The notes beneath the pieces were generated by a model. That model saw nothing but the letters and a program-made list of their open reading frames with translations. It made no database searches and had not been told where the DNA came from. A program made the translations under genes and the position numbers. Of a DNA stretch of 52,833 bases, positions 45,401 through 52,820 are shown in pieces; the first letter of the stretch is position 1, and each line of letters begins with the position of its first letter. Location of the stretch: contig JAMPAE010000001.1 in assembly GCA_023667385.1 (NCBI GenBank), positions 1 to 52,833 on the forward strand, read 5' to 3'. Source of the DNA: Ruminococcus sp. (GTDB taxonomy: Bacteria; Bacillota; Clostridia; Oscillospirales; Acutalibacteraceae).

Positions 45401-46462
45401 GACACCGCCGATGGCAAACGTCAAGTGTTCGTTTCAACGCCTTATCCCCCTTATGACATCGGCGACCTTTGGGTTGACGGAAAGGAATTGCGCCGTTGCA
45501 TCACCGCAAAAGCAAAGGGGCAATCTTACAGTGTCAACGATTGGGTTATTGCAGTGTATTATGATAATACAAAGACAACCATTGACGGCGGCATTGTCAC
45601 GTCCGGCACAATCCAAGTGGCGGGCGATAATGCAAGCATCCTTGCCGGAATGACCGGACAAGGCACGGCGGCAACGTCAATCCGCTTTTGGGCGGGTGCA
45701 TCTTTTGAAAACCGCGCCACCGCACCTTATCGTGTATTGCAAGATGGGTCGTTTTATGCGACAAAAGCCAACATCACGGGAACAATCAATGCAAATGCGG
45801 GTTCAATCGGTGGTTTCAATATATCATCCGGCAAAATCGGTTATGGCACATCATCAGAACAAGACACAACGCACGGGTTGGCATTGTTAAGCAGCTTCAT
45901 TCGCTTTTACAATGGCGACCAAAGAACGCTTGTTGGATGCCTTAATTCGTTGGGTTATCCTTATAATGGATTGTTTGAGTTGAACGGAAGCATGGGAACG
46001 GCATTGGAAGTTCACCATAAGTTCAAGAACACGACCGATTCCGACCTTGAACATTGGTATTTGCCGAAAGCACTTGCGGTTTATGGCAATCAATATAATC
46101 TTGGTAAGGTGGCATTCTTGGAAAAGGGATATATCGGACAAATATATTCCGATATTATTCAAAGTTATTTTGCCATAACCCACAAATATCATTTCACATC
46201 AAATCCAAATAGTCGCACATCTTTGTACTTGCCGACAAAAACAACTATCAACAATAGAACCGGGGATGTTCCCGTGATTTTTGATGTTGAGATTGTGTGT
46301 GATTGGAATATGGCAAATACCGTTGTGTTGACATCGCAAACCGGGGCGCAAATCTATAATCAGAATGGCGGCACGGTTTCAACCGTTGATTTGGCAAAAG
46401 GTGATTCAATCAATTTACGCTATTATAACGGCGGTTGGGTTATTATAAATCGTTATAATTAA
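42416..46462 (+). CDS. Tail tip / host-specificity protein (Tal-like) with an internal tandem duplication
   Basis: 1348 aa, in the position after Dit. Two paralogous units of about 130-170 aa lie at 44657..45178 and 45179..45553. Confidence 0.65.
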   Translation: MEQIIITKPNGNRVPMQSRRTATDVTAAKQSWVLNGDDTVDITVKSPFRQTYDIGDKITIFGRDYTLNRLSKPKKTGMHEFEYSLQFEGVQYDLLRASYDVTIDTTNNELQDVQGDSLTGDLRRFLTVLVANANRVFPGKWALGVCPETKSDITKTFGESDNCLSVLQSILGEFDESYFFDIQTIGGVYTINIRSTSQTLPFTLEFGKGNGLYMLSRDNVSSSNIVTRLKVYGSASNITSKYRADRLCLPGKTKGQSYIEDAQAVARYGIFEGRKHFDNIKPTFTGHVQAVGDSVCEFIDPTISFDLNAVEADGKTTVYLIDGVSAKVHFNSGNLAGYEFEIAKYDHATHKVTLRKFTDDRGDVFPSETSAAFQFRASDGTYSGDEYKIVDIALPQELVDKAEAELLEAGQKYYEQNSQPKVQYSLSVTKAFIEKNFATDAGVVNVFVPGDYVRVKDDDIGVDKAVRIKSITRNVLDPYDYSLNLSDTVTTTVTNRVLSDLIDIDKIIEINNLKDPARARANWRSSREVLDMVFDPEGDYYTDKIKPNSIDTLALSVGAKSMQFGLTNTVFQPNYNGNPKLMRWQGGVLTHYTINEDSAVSWVLGDGQITLSPDSQPFYIYARCHRVSSAGQIAITTRQYRVDEDPNYYWFWIGVINSVDPDIKARSIALTYGFTMINGRFIKTGRIESADGETYFDLDNSEIGGRIVFNSNGQEKTLEELGQEALESKDFINNTLPGLLSELQSQLDGVVEQWFYSVDPLPLNTAPQATANEPASDWTTSEDKEKHLGDLYYNTETGKVWRYVKILWSPAPNYARATRYVWKELEDTELAQALALAQDALDAANTKARIFVDTPYPPYSVGDLWVQGASGDIYRCKTARDSGSFTSSDWEKASKYTDDSALNAFINNNFANTVSNLETQIDGKVETWFQVSDPATSWTTNELKQIHVGDMWYNTNTKELKYYKRLTNNQPYTFGWQLVEDAKAIAAYEAASQAQDTADGKRQVFVSTPYPPYDIGDLWVDGKELRRCITAKAKGQSYSVNDWVIAVYYDNTKTTIDGGIVTSGTIQVAGDNASILAGMTGQGTAATSIRFWAGASFENRATAPYRVLQDGSFYATKANITGTINANAGSIGGFNISSGKIGYGTSSEQDTTHGLALLSSFIRFYNGDQRTLVGCLNSLGYPYNGLFELNGSMGTALEVHHKFKNTTDSDLEHWYLPKALAVYGNQYNLGKVAFLEKGYIGQIYSDIIQSYFAITHKYHFTSNPNSRTSLYLPTKTTINNRTGDVPVIFDVEIVCDWNMANTVVLTSQTGAQIYNQNGGTVSTVDLAKGDSINLRYYNGGWVIINRYN

Positions 46463-46467
46463 GCACT

Positions 46468-46860
46468 ATGGAATTAGCAAAAATATTGCCCGATGGGTCG
46501 GTGGACATTCGCTTTTGTTCGCCGATACTTGGCGAAAAAATGGCGCAATTGAGAGAAGCCGGGTTTCTTGACTATGTGCCAACGGAACAACCGAAAGCGG
46601 ACACCGGGTTTGTCGCGGTTGATTCCTTTGAAGTTGTTGACGGTCGCATTGTTCAATCGTGGTCAACCAAGATTGACCCAACGGTTGTGCAATCACGCAT
46701 CGCCGAACTTAAAGAACAACTTGAAGAATCAGACTACAAGGTTACAAAGTGTTATGAAGCATCTTTGGTGGGCGAATCCTTGCCGTATGACATTGCGGAA
46801 TTGCACCGGGAAAGGCAATCAATCCGTGATGAAATAAACCGTCTTGAAGCGATGATTTGA
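46468..46860 (+). CDS. Hypothetical tail fibre-associated protein
   Basis: 130 aa, acidic, with a C-terminal coiled coil. Confidence 0.4.
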   Translation: MELAKILPDGSVDIRFCSPILGEKMAQLREAGFLDYVPTEQPKADTGFVAVDSFEVVDGRIVQSWSTKIDPTVVQSRIAELKEQLEESDYKVTKCYEASLVGESLPYDIAELHRERQSIRDEINRLEAMI

Positions 46861-46942
46861 AAAGTTATCCTCAATTTATTCAACAATGTTTCATAGTAAG
46901 ACAATGAGCATTAAATTTGCATCCAACAATTCGTAAAACGAT

Positions 46943-47209
46943 ATGGACACAACAAGGTCGGGCGAACAAGTTTCCGCCCAAATCGGCAAAATGGGTGTTG
47001 TTGCCCTGACTGATTCCGGCTTTTCATTGCCGGATGGTCAGTGCTTCAACATCAAGAATGACGGCATCGCCCCGGTCACGCTATCGGTGCGCCTTGCCGG
47101 AATGTCGGATTTCATTGAAACGCAATTTGATTGCGGGTGGAATCCTGAAATCGTGAAAGAAATCGCGCCAACTTCGTTGGTTAATATTAACTTAAAATGG
47201 GGCTTTTAA
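46943..47209 (+). CDS. Hypothetical small protein immediately upstream of the DGR target
   Basis: 88-aa ORF that ends 1 nt before the ATG at 47211. Confidence 0.4.
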   Translation: MDTTRSGEQVSAQIGKMGVVALTDSGFSLPDGQCFNIKNDGIAPVTLSVRLAGMSDFIETQFDCGWNPEIVKEIAPTSLVNINLKWGF

Positions 47210-47210
47210 T

Positions 47211-48527
47211 ATGGGTCTTATGATTGGAGTGGGCAACACAAAACCCACATTCGCTTATGACTATTATTACGGCATTGAATGGGATAAGACCGTTTCAAAT
47301 CCTATTCCAACCCGTGTCGGCAAAGATGAACTTCACAAGTCTTTGCCCGTGCAGTCACTTATGCGCCGTTGCACTTTGAAAGATGATGGCGCGGTCAATT
47401 ACTATCTTCACGCCAACGATTCATCAAAGCGTGACAACGGAGCAGCCGCCGACCTGACGGGCGCACACGGTCAATTTATGGTTGAATTGCCGGATGCTTA
47501 TATGCGCTTTGAGATGGACGGCAACAAGAATCGTGCGCTTATGAGCGACCGACCCTTGCCCGGATTTATCAAGTGGCGCAAAGACTACGTTTCAGCCGAT
47601 GAAGCGTGTGTGCAGCGTTCCACAACCACCCTTTGCGCCGTTGTCAACAACGACCCCGATTTCAGGGGTGGCGGCAATCAAACCGCTTATGATGATACCG
47701 ACCACACTTTGTTGGGTCGCCCGGCAACGTCAATCAGCTTGACAAACTTTCGTGCATACGCCCGCAAGCGTGGGTCGGTGTCATGGAATTGCAATCTTTA
47801 TCAGACACACCGCAAGTTGTGGTGGTTCTTTGCGATTGAATATTGCAATTTCAATTCGCAAGCCGCGTTCAATGCCGAATTGACCGCTGACGGATTCCAT
47901 CAAGGTGGACTTGGCGCGGGTGTCACAACCCTTAACGGCACAAAGTGGAACACTTGGAACGGTTACAATCCTTTCATTCCTTGCGGTCACACCCTTTCGT
48001 TGGGCAATCACACGGGAACGGTGGATTACACCTTACCAAGCGGATATGACACAACAACCCTTGTCGTTGCCGTGCCGTCTTATCGCGGCGTGACAAATCC
48101 TTTTGGTCATATATGGAAATGGACTGATGGTTGCCTTTGCAACATTCAATCCGATGCCGCCGGGGGATTATCCGAATTTTACGTTTGTGACGACCCGACA
48201 CACTTTGCATCAACCATCGGCGCGGAATATCAGTTGCGCGGCAACTTGCCCCGAAAAGAGGGATATGTAAAAGCCTTGATTCTTGGCGAACACGGCGAAA
48301 TAATGCCCCTTGAAGTCGGTGCAAGCACAACCACCTATTTCTGCGACTACTTTTATACTAACATACCCGCAAGTGGTGAAGCCATACGCGGCGTTTTGTT
48401 CGGCGGTTATGCGTATTATGGTGCGTGTGCAGGCTTCGTGGCTGCGCATGCGTATACTGCGCCCACGTCTACGTCTGCGATTTTCGGTTCTCGGCTTTGC
48501 TATTACCCAATCGAAACCGCCGCGTAA
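47211..48527 (+). CDS. DGR target protein (receptor-binding candidate, C-terminal C-type-lectin/FGE-like variable domain)
   Basis: 438 aa. The C-terminus GVLFGGYAYYGACAGFVAAHAYTAPTSTSAIFGSRLCYY is encoded by VR1. Confidence 0.85.
   Translation: MGLMIGVGNTKPTFAYDYYYGIEWDKTVSNPIPTRVGKDELHKSLPVQSLMRRCTLKDDGAVNYYLHANDSSKRDNGAAADLTGAHGQFMVELPDAYMRFEMDGNKNRALMSDRPLPGFIKWRKDYVSADEACVQRSTTTLCAVVNNDPDFRGGGNQTAYDDTDHTLLGRPATSISLTNFRAYARKRGSVSWNCNLYQTHRKLWWFFAIEYCNFNSQAAFNAELTADGFHQGGLGAGVTTLNGTKWNTWNGYNPFIPCGHTLSLGNHTGTVDYTLPSGYDTTTLVVAVPSYRGVTNPFGHIWKWTDGCLCNIQSDAAGGLSEFYVCDDPTHFASTIGAEYQLRGNLPRKEGYVKALILGEHGEIMPLEVGASTTTYFCDYFYTNIPASGEAIRGVLFGGYAYYGACAGFVAAHAYTAPTSTSAIFGSRLCYYPIETAA
48387..48501 (+). 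repeat. DGR variable repeat 1 (VR1)
   Basis: Gapless 115-nt alignment to TR 48596..48710. There are 20 mismatches. Nineteen fall at the 29 TR adenines and one is T48650 to G. Confidence 0.9.
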
Positions 48528-48595
48528 AACGTAAATCGTTCCCCGAAAGCATTTTAAGCGAGTTTTGAAATGAAGATAAAAGGGTTGTCAGGTGT

Positions 48596-48710
48596 CGCGG
48601 CGTTTTGTTCAGCGGTAATGCGAATAATGGTGCGAATGCAGGCTTCGTGTATGCGAATACGAATAATGCGCCCACGAATACGAATGCGAATATCGGTTCT
48701 CAGCTATGCT
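48596..48710 (+). repeat. DGR template repeat (TR)
   Basis: Non-coding copy of the VR. In the VR frame it contains 10 AAT codons (RGVLFSGNANNGANAGFVYANTNNAPTNTNANIGSQLC). It lies between the target gene and the RT gene. Confidence 0.9.
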
Positions 48711-48856
48711 TGTAAAAATATAGTTGCATCACCTGAAACCTTGCCACAAAAACATCCCATTCCGGGGGTGTATGAGTGGGGCAACCCACGGCAAAAAATA
48801 AATTATGTTGAACGACTTTGGTAGGGCTGCCGAAAAAGTCTATTATTCAAGCAAAC

Positions 48857-50071
48857 ATGAAGCGTTTGAACAACCTTTTTGAAAAGGTCATAAGCCTTGA
48901 CAATTTGCGCCTTGCCGATGAAAAGGCAAGGAAAGGCAAGTTGCGGTCTTATGGTGTCCGACTTCACGACAAGAACCGTGAAGCCAACATTCTTGCGCTG
49001 CATGAACAATTAAAGAACGGAACATTCAAAACATCGCCTTATCACGTTTTCACAATCTACGAACCCAAAGAAAGGTTAATTTATCGTTTGCCGTACTTTC
49101 CCGACCGCATATTGCATCACGCGATTATGAACGTGCTTGAACCCATTTGGGTGTCTATATTCACAAAGGACACTTATTCTTGCATCAAGAATCGCGGGAT
49201 TCATGCGTGTGCCAAATCGGTGCGCCGTGCATTGCGAGAGGATAAGGACGGCACACGGTATTGCCTGAAAATTGATGTCCGCAAGTTTTATCCGTCAATC
49301 CGTCACGACATCTTGAAAGCCATCATCCGGCGTAAAATCAAAGATGCCCGGTTGCTTGCGCTTCTTGATGAAATCATTGATTCTGTCAACAACACGACCA
49401 CACAATCAACGAAACCCAAGCGCAAAAGAAGCAAAGGCAGACCGATGGGGTCGCGTTACTTGTGCATGAGCAAGCAATCGCACAAGATGGGCGAAGCTGA
49501 TGCAGATGAAGCCAACGAGCCGGAAGAAGCGGAAGAACCCGAAACAAGGGGCGTTCCAATCGGCAATTACCTATCACAATACTTTGCCAACCTTGTCTTG
49601 GCTTACTTTGACCATTGGTTGAAAGAAGTGATGGGCGTTAAGTATTATTGGCGATATGCCGATGATATTGTGATTCTTGCCGCCGACAAACAATTCTTGC
49701 ACGACCTATTGCACGAAATCCGCAAATATTTTGCGACCCTTGATTTGCACGTCAAACGCAATTATCAGGTGTTCCCGGTTGAAAGCCGTGGGATTGACTT
49801 CTTGGGTTATGTATTTTACCACACCCACACACGCTTGCGCAAGAGCATAAAGCAACGGTTGTGCCGCCGGGTGGCAAGCCTTAACAAGCGGAAAGAGCAG
49901 ATGCCCAAAGAAGCGTATCGCCAACAAATATGCAGTTGGTGGGGTTGGTGCAAATACTGCAATTCAATAAATCTTTTCAACAAACTAAAAGCAACGATGC
50001 CTTATGAAATCAGCTTTAATCGCCCCAAATGCGCATTACGACATGACGCATGGGCAACCCAAACCGATTGA
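48857..50071 (+). CDS. DGR reverse transcriptase
   Basis: The RT motifs include YADD at 49655..49666, and IGNYLSQYFAN has the DGR-typical SQ signature. The track start at 48818 is a TTG, so the ATG at 48857 (MKRLNNLFEKV) is preferred. Confidence 0.9.
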   Translation: MKRLNNLFEKVISLDNLRLADEKARKGKLRSYGVRLHDKNREANILALHEQLKNGTFKTSPYHVFTIYEPKERLIYRLPYFPDRILHHAIMNVLEPIWVSIFTKDTYSCIKNRGIHACAKSVRRALREDKDGTRYCLKIDVRKFYPSIRHDILKAIIRRKIKDARLLALLDEIIDSVNNTTTQSTKPKRKRSKGRPMGSRYLCMSKQSHKMGEADADEANEPEEAEEPETRGVPIGNYLSQYFANLVLAYFDHWLKEVMGVKYYWRYADDIVILAADKQFLHDLLHEIRKYFATLDLHVKRNYQVFPVESRGIDFLGYVFYHTHTRLRKSIKQRLCRRVASLNKRKEQMPKEAYRQQICSWWGWCKYCNSINLFNKLKATMPYEISFNRPKCALRHDAWATQTD

Positions 50072-50414
50072 AAAGGACAATGATGGTTCAACCATCGTGC
50101 GCCTTGACATCAACCCCGAAATGGGTATTCCCGGCGGCGACATTGCCACCGCCAAGTCAGCCGATGCCGACCCCGTGCAAATCGGTTGGTCGTGCTTTGA
50201 AGTCAGGACGTTCAACGCCCCGACCAAAGCCAACTTAAAAAAGGCGATAATCCGCGCCATTGTGGATGAAACCGCCGAATTTGACCTTGTGAACTCCTAC
50301 AACAAGCACGTTATGGGAATCAAGGTTGATGAAGAAGCCGTGCAGCGTTACAAGGAATTTTTGGCATTCACCGAAGAACTTGACGCGGCATTGGTTGAAT
50401 CGCTCAAAAACTAA
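50004..50414 (+). CDS. Hypothetical acidic protein
   Basis: 136-aa ORF that overlaps the RT 3' end by 68 nt. The true start is uncertain. Confidence 0.4.
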   Translation: MKSALIAPNAHYDMTHGQPKPIEKDNDGSTIVRLDINPEMGIPGGDIATAKSADADPVQIGWSCFEVRTFNAPTKANLKKAIIRAIVDETAEFDLVNSYNKHVMGIKVDEEAVQRYKEFLAFTEELDAALVESLKN

Positions 50415-50438
50415 TATTAACAATAACACTTACTAACA

Positions 50439-50855
50439 ATGGCAAGGTTTGGCGACCTCGGAATTGAATCCGGGGCAATCATCGGAAAAGGTATTGAAAT
50501 TGAGGAATTGTTCGGCAAGCGAATCTTGATTGAGAAAACAAAGATTTCAAAGTCAAAATTCACGGGCAAGAACAATTCCGGGTTAAGGCTGCAAATGCAA
50601 GTCGTTCTTGCGTCATTCAACGAAACGCCGGATGAAGATGGCGACTTCTATGTGAAGAAGCCGGACGGCACACCCGATGGCGAAAGGCGATGTTGTTTCA
50701 CCGGGTCGGACATTCTTATTGAGGGTGTCCAAGCAGCCGAAGAAAAGATTTCAAGCATCAACGCGGAACGTGCCGCCAATGGCGAAAAGCCGCTTGAACT
50801 TTATCCGATTGACACAACCATTGTCAAGGTCGGCAAGTGTTTCAATTTCACTTGA
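50439..50855 (+). CDS. Hypothetical protein
   Basis: 138-aa ORF upstream of the lysis cassette. Confidence 0.45.
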   Translation: MARFGDLGIESGAIIGKGIEIEELFGKRILIEKTKISKSKFTGKNNSGLRLQMQVVLASFNETPDEDGDFYVKKPDGTPDGERRCCFTGSDILIEGVQAAEEKISSINAERAANGEKPLELYPIDTTIVKVGKCFNFT

Positions 50856-50857
50856 AC

Positions 50858-51379
50858 ATGACAAACGAAATCCATCCGCTTCTTTCAGCTGTTGGCAAAT
50901 ACTTGATGGGGGCAATCGGCGCATTGATTGCATTCTTGCGCCCGACTTTCCCTTTCATCATCGTTTGCACCATCGCCGTGTTGCTTGATTGTTACACGGC
51001 TTGGTCGTTGTCGCGGCGCGTGAAGAAGAAATTCCCCGGTGCAAACGATGGCAAATTCAAAAGTCATTATGCCGGGCGTGTGTTTGTCACGCTTGTTAAA
51101 GTCTATGCCGTGACCGTGCTTGCCTATATGATTGACACAATCATTTTCCCGGATATGACAATGTTGTTGCCCAACATCGTTGCCGGAACGGTTTGTTTTT
51201 GGCAAATATGGTCAATGCTTGAAAATGAATCATCGTGTAATGATGCACGTTGGGCAGAAATCGCCCAACGCATTATGGTTGACAAGACCGAAAGACACTT
51301 TGACATTGACTTGCACGAGCTGAAACACCCGGAACGTGAAAAGAAGAACGGCACGGCGGCAACGCCTGACGTTGAGTAA
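50858..51379 (+). CDS. Holin
   Basis: It has three to four TM segments (LMGAIGALIAFL, FPFIIVCTIAVLLDCYTAW, VYAVTVLAYMIDTIIF, LLPNIVAGTVCFWQIW) and lies directly upstream of the endolysin. The track start at 50837 is a GTG. Confidence 0.65.
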   Translation: MTNEIHPLLSAVGKYLMGAIGALIAFLRPTFPFIIVCTIAVLLDCYTAWSLSRRVKKKFPGANDGKFKSHYAGRVFVTLVKVYAVTVLAYMIDTIIFPDMTMLLPNIVAGTVCFWQIWSMLENESSCNDARWAEIAQRIMVDKTERHFDIDLHELKHPEREKKNGTAATPDVE

Positions 51380-51401
51380 TTAACCACCAATCATTATCAT
51401 C

Positions 51402-51980
51402 ATGGCAAATGTTGATGTTTTGTTGCCTTTCATCCTCAAATTTGAGGGTGGATTTGTCAACGACCCCGCCGATTCAGGCGGTGCGACCAATAAGGGCGTA
51501 ACAATCGCAACTTGGCGGCAATGCGGTTATGACAAGGACGGCGATGGCGACATTGACGTACAAGACCTTAAATTGATAACCAATAAGGACGTGCGCGACC
51601 GCGTGTTGAAGCCGCATTATTGGGATAGATGGAAAGCCGACCAAATCCAATCGCAAAGGGTGGCGAACATCCTTGTTGATTGGGTTTGGGGTTCAGGCAA
51701 GCACGGCATTGTCATTCCCCAACGCCTTTTGGGGGTCAAGGATGATGGCATTGTCGGGGCAAAGACATTGGCGGCGGTCAATGCAGCCGACCCCGACCGC
51801 CTTTTTGAAGCCATCTACAATGCCCGCGAAAAGTTCTTGCACGACATCACCAACCAATCGGTTGCAAAGTATGAAAAGAAAATCAAACGCAAGGCGACCG
51901 AAGCCGAACTTTTGAAGCATACCAACAAGCGATTCATCAAGGGTTGGTTGCGCCGTCTTGCTGCAATCCGAAATCTTTAA
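51402..51980 (+). CDS. Endolysin, GH108 N-acetylmuramidase plus a PG_binding_3-like domain
   Basis: [24 protein letters not shown] is the GH108 signature. The C-terminus has [18 protein letters not shown]. Confidence 0.85.
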   Translation: MANVDVLLPFILKFEGGFVNDPADSGGATNKGVTIATWRQCGYDKDGDGDIDVQDLKLITNKDVRDRVLKPHYWDRWKADQIQSQRVANILVDWVWGSGKHGIVIPQRLLGVKDDGIVGAKTLAAVNAADPDRLFEAIYNAREKFLHDITNQSVAKYEKKIKRKATEAELLKHTNKRFIKGWLRRLAAIRNL

Positions 51981-51992
51981 CCACAACCGCAC

Positions 51993-52604
51993 ATGAAAAG
52001 ATTCTTAAAGACTATCATTCCCGCCATTGTGTTCATCATCGCTTTGGCATCGTGCGCGACAACGAAAAAGGTTGAAGCAACAACCCATAAGATTCGCGCC
52101 GACACAACACACGTTGAAGAACACAAAGAATTGGCGACCACCACAACCATTGACACGACCCGGACGGAACAAGGCAAAGTGACAATCACGGAAATTGTGT
52201 TTGAAACATCGCCGTGTTCCGCGCCGGACACGACCACCGCCGACAAGGGGCAACCACCGATAAGGGCGCGACCCGAAACCCCGGTGGCATCGGTTGACTT
52301 GCCCGGCATCGGACTTGTTCAAGGCAATATCAAGTCCATTCGGCAAACGGTCATTGAAAATAATGTTGAAGTCAAGGGGCAAAGCACGGATTCCAACAAG
52401 CAAACGGAATCCAAATGCAATGCAAATGCAACACGGACGGAAGAAAACAATACCGTCAAAGAGCAACCCGCACCCGACCCCAACCGATGGAAATATATAT
52501 CATTCATCATCGCCGCCGCCTTGATTGTTCTTTTATACCTGAAACGTGTGCCGATTTTGGAGTGGGTAAAAAGAATTTTATCAGGATTGCGCCGGATATT
52601 CTGA
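51993..52604 (+). CDS. Lipoprotein with a C-terminal TM helix; unimolecular spanin candidate
   Basis: The N-terminal MKRFLKTIIPAIVFIIALASC contains a lipobox. The C-terminus has WKYISFIIAAALIVLLYL. It is the last gene of the lysis cassette. Confidence 0.5.
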   Translation: MKRFLKTIIPAIVFIIALASCATTKKVEATTHKIRADTTHVEEHKELATTTTIDTTRTEQGKVTITEIVFETSPCSAPDTTTADKGQPPIRARPETPVASVDLPGIGLVQGNIKSIRQTVIENNVEVKGQSTDSNKQTESKCNANATRTEENNTVKEQPAPDPNRWKYISFIIAAALIVLLYLKRVPILEWVKRILSGLRRIF

Positions 52605-52665
52605 AAAAATGTCTATCTTTGCGACATCATTATTGCGAAAACCCCAAATGGGGAATAATGTCATT

Positions 52666-52696
52666 CGCCCGGTCAATGCGCCGGGCGATTGTTTTT
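52666..52696 (+). terminator. Rho-independent terminator of the late/lysis operon
   Basis: cgcccgg-tcaatgcg-ccgggcg is followed by attgttttt. Confidence 0.6.
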
Positions 52697-52710
52697 GACC
52701 ATCATTGCGA

Positions 52711-52752
52711 CAACAAAAAACGACCCCGGAAATGTGACTTTCGGGGTCGTTT
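52711..52752 (-). terminator. Minus-strand rho-independent terminator, phage-borne, downstream of the tRNA
   Basis: A 14-bp stem aaacgaccccggaa / tttcggggtcgttt with one G-U pair. On the minus strand it is followed by tttttt (aaaaaa at 52715..52720 on the plus strand). Confidence 0.55.
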
Positions 52753-52778
52753 CGTGTACATTTTCGTGTACAAATTTC
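52753..52778 (+). promoter_or_regulatory. Two CGTGTACA cores 12 bp apart; candidate integrase arm-type sites (right arm)
   Basis: cgtgtacatttt and cgtgtacaaatttc have the same core, orientation and spacing as 172..195. Confidence 0.5.
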
Positions 52779-52803
52779 GCAAATGCTTGTCTTGCAAGCG
52801 ATA

Positions 52804-52820
52804 TTGCGGAGAGGACGAGA
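52804..52820. repeat. attR core, overlapping the 3' end of the intact tRNA
   Basis: Exact 17-bp match to 39..55. It is contiguous with the tRNA T-arm sequence to its right. Confidence 0.85.

Larger units (their letters stand above)
39..52820. mobile_element. Integrated temperate tailed-phage genome (prophage), attL to attR
   Basis: Identical 17-bp direct repeats lie at both ends. A tyrosine integrase sits next to the left repeat. Complete lysogeny, replication, packaging, head, tail and lysis modules lie between the repeats. Confidence 0.9.

Noticed and set aside
46468-46860. The 130-aa ORF upstream of the DGR target as the Avd accessory protein
   Set aside because: The product is acidic and its N-terminal half does not look like a four-helix bundle. 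Avd proteins are small, basic helical bundles. It is left as a hypothetical tail-associated protein.
48570-48824. 84-aa ORF (MKIKGLSGVAAFCSAVMRIMVRMQ...) between the DGR target and the RT
   Set aside because: It is the template repeat read out of frame, and its Met/Arg/Ile-rich product mirrors the out-of-frame ORF 48310..48534 over VR1. The TR is a non-coding RNA template, not a gene.
48857-50071. The RT as a retron or group II intron reverse transcriptase
   Set aside because: An adjacent TR/VR pair with adenine-specific mismatches and the IGNYLSQ motif identify it as a DGR RT. No msr/msd-like inverted repeats or intron RNA domains were seen.
52795-52812. Similarity of gatattgcggagag at attR to the left-arm 25-mers (gatattgtggggtg)
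   Set aside because: Only about 11 of 14 positions match, and the left att core lacks the gatattg prefix. The match is too weak to call a core-type binding site.
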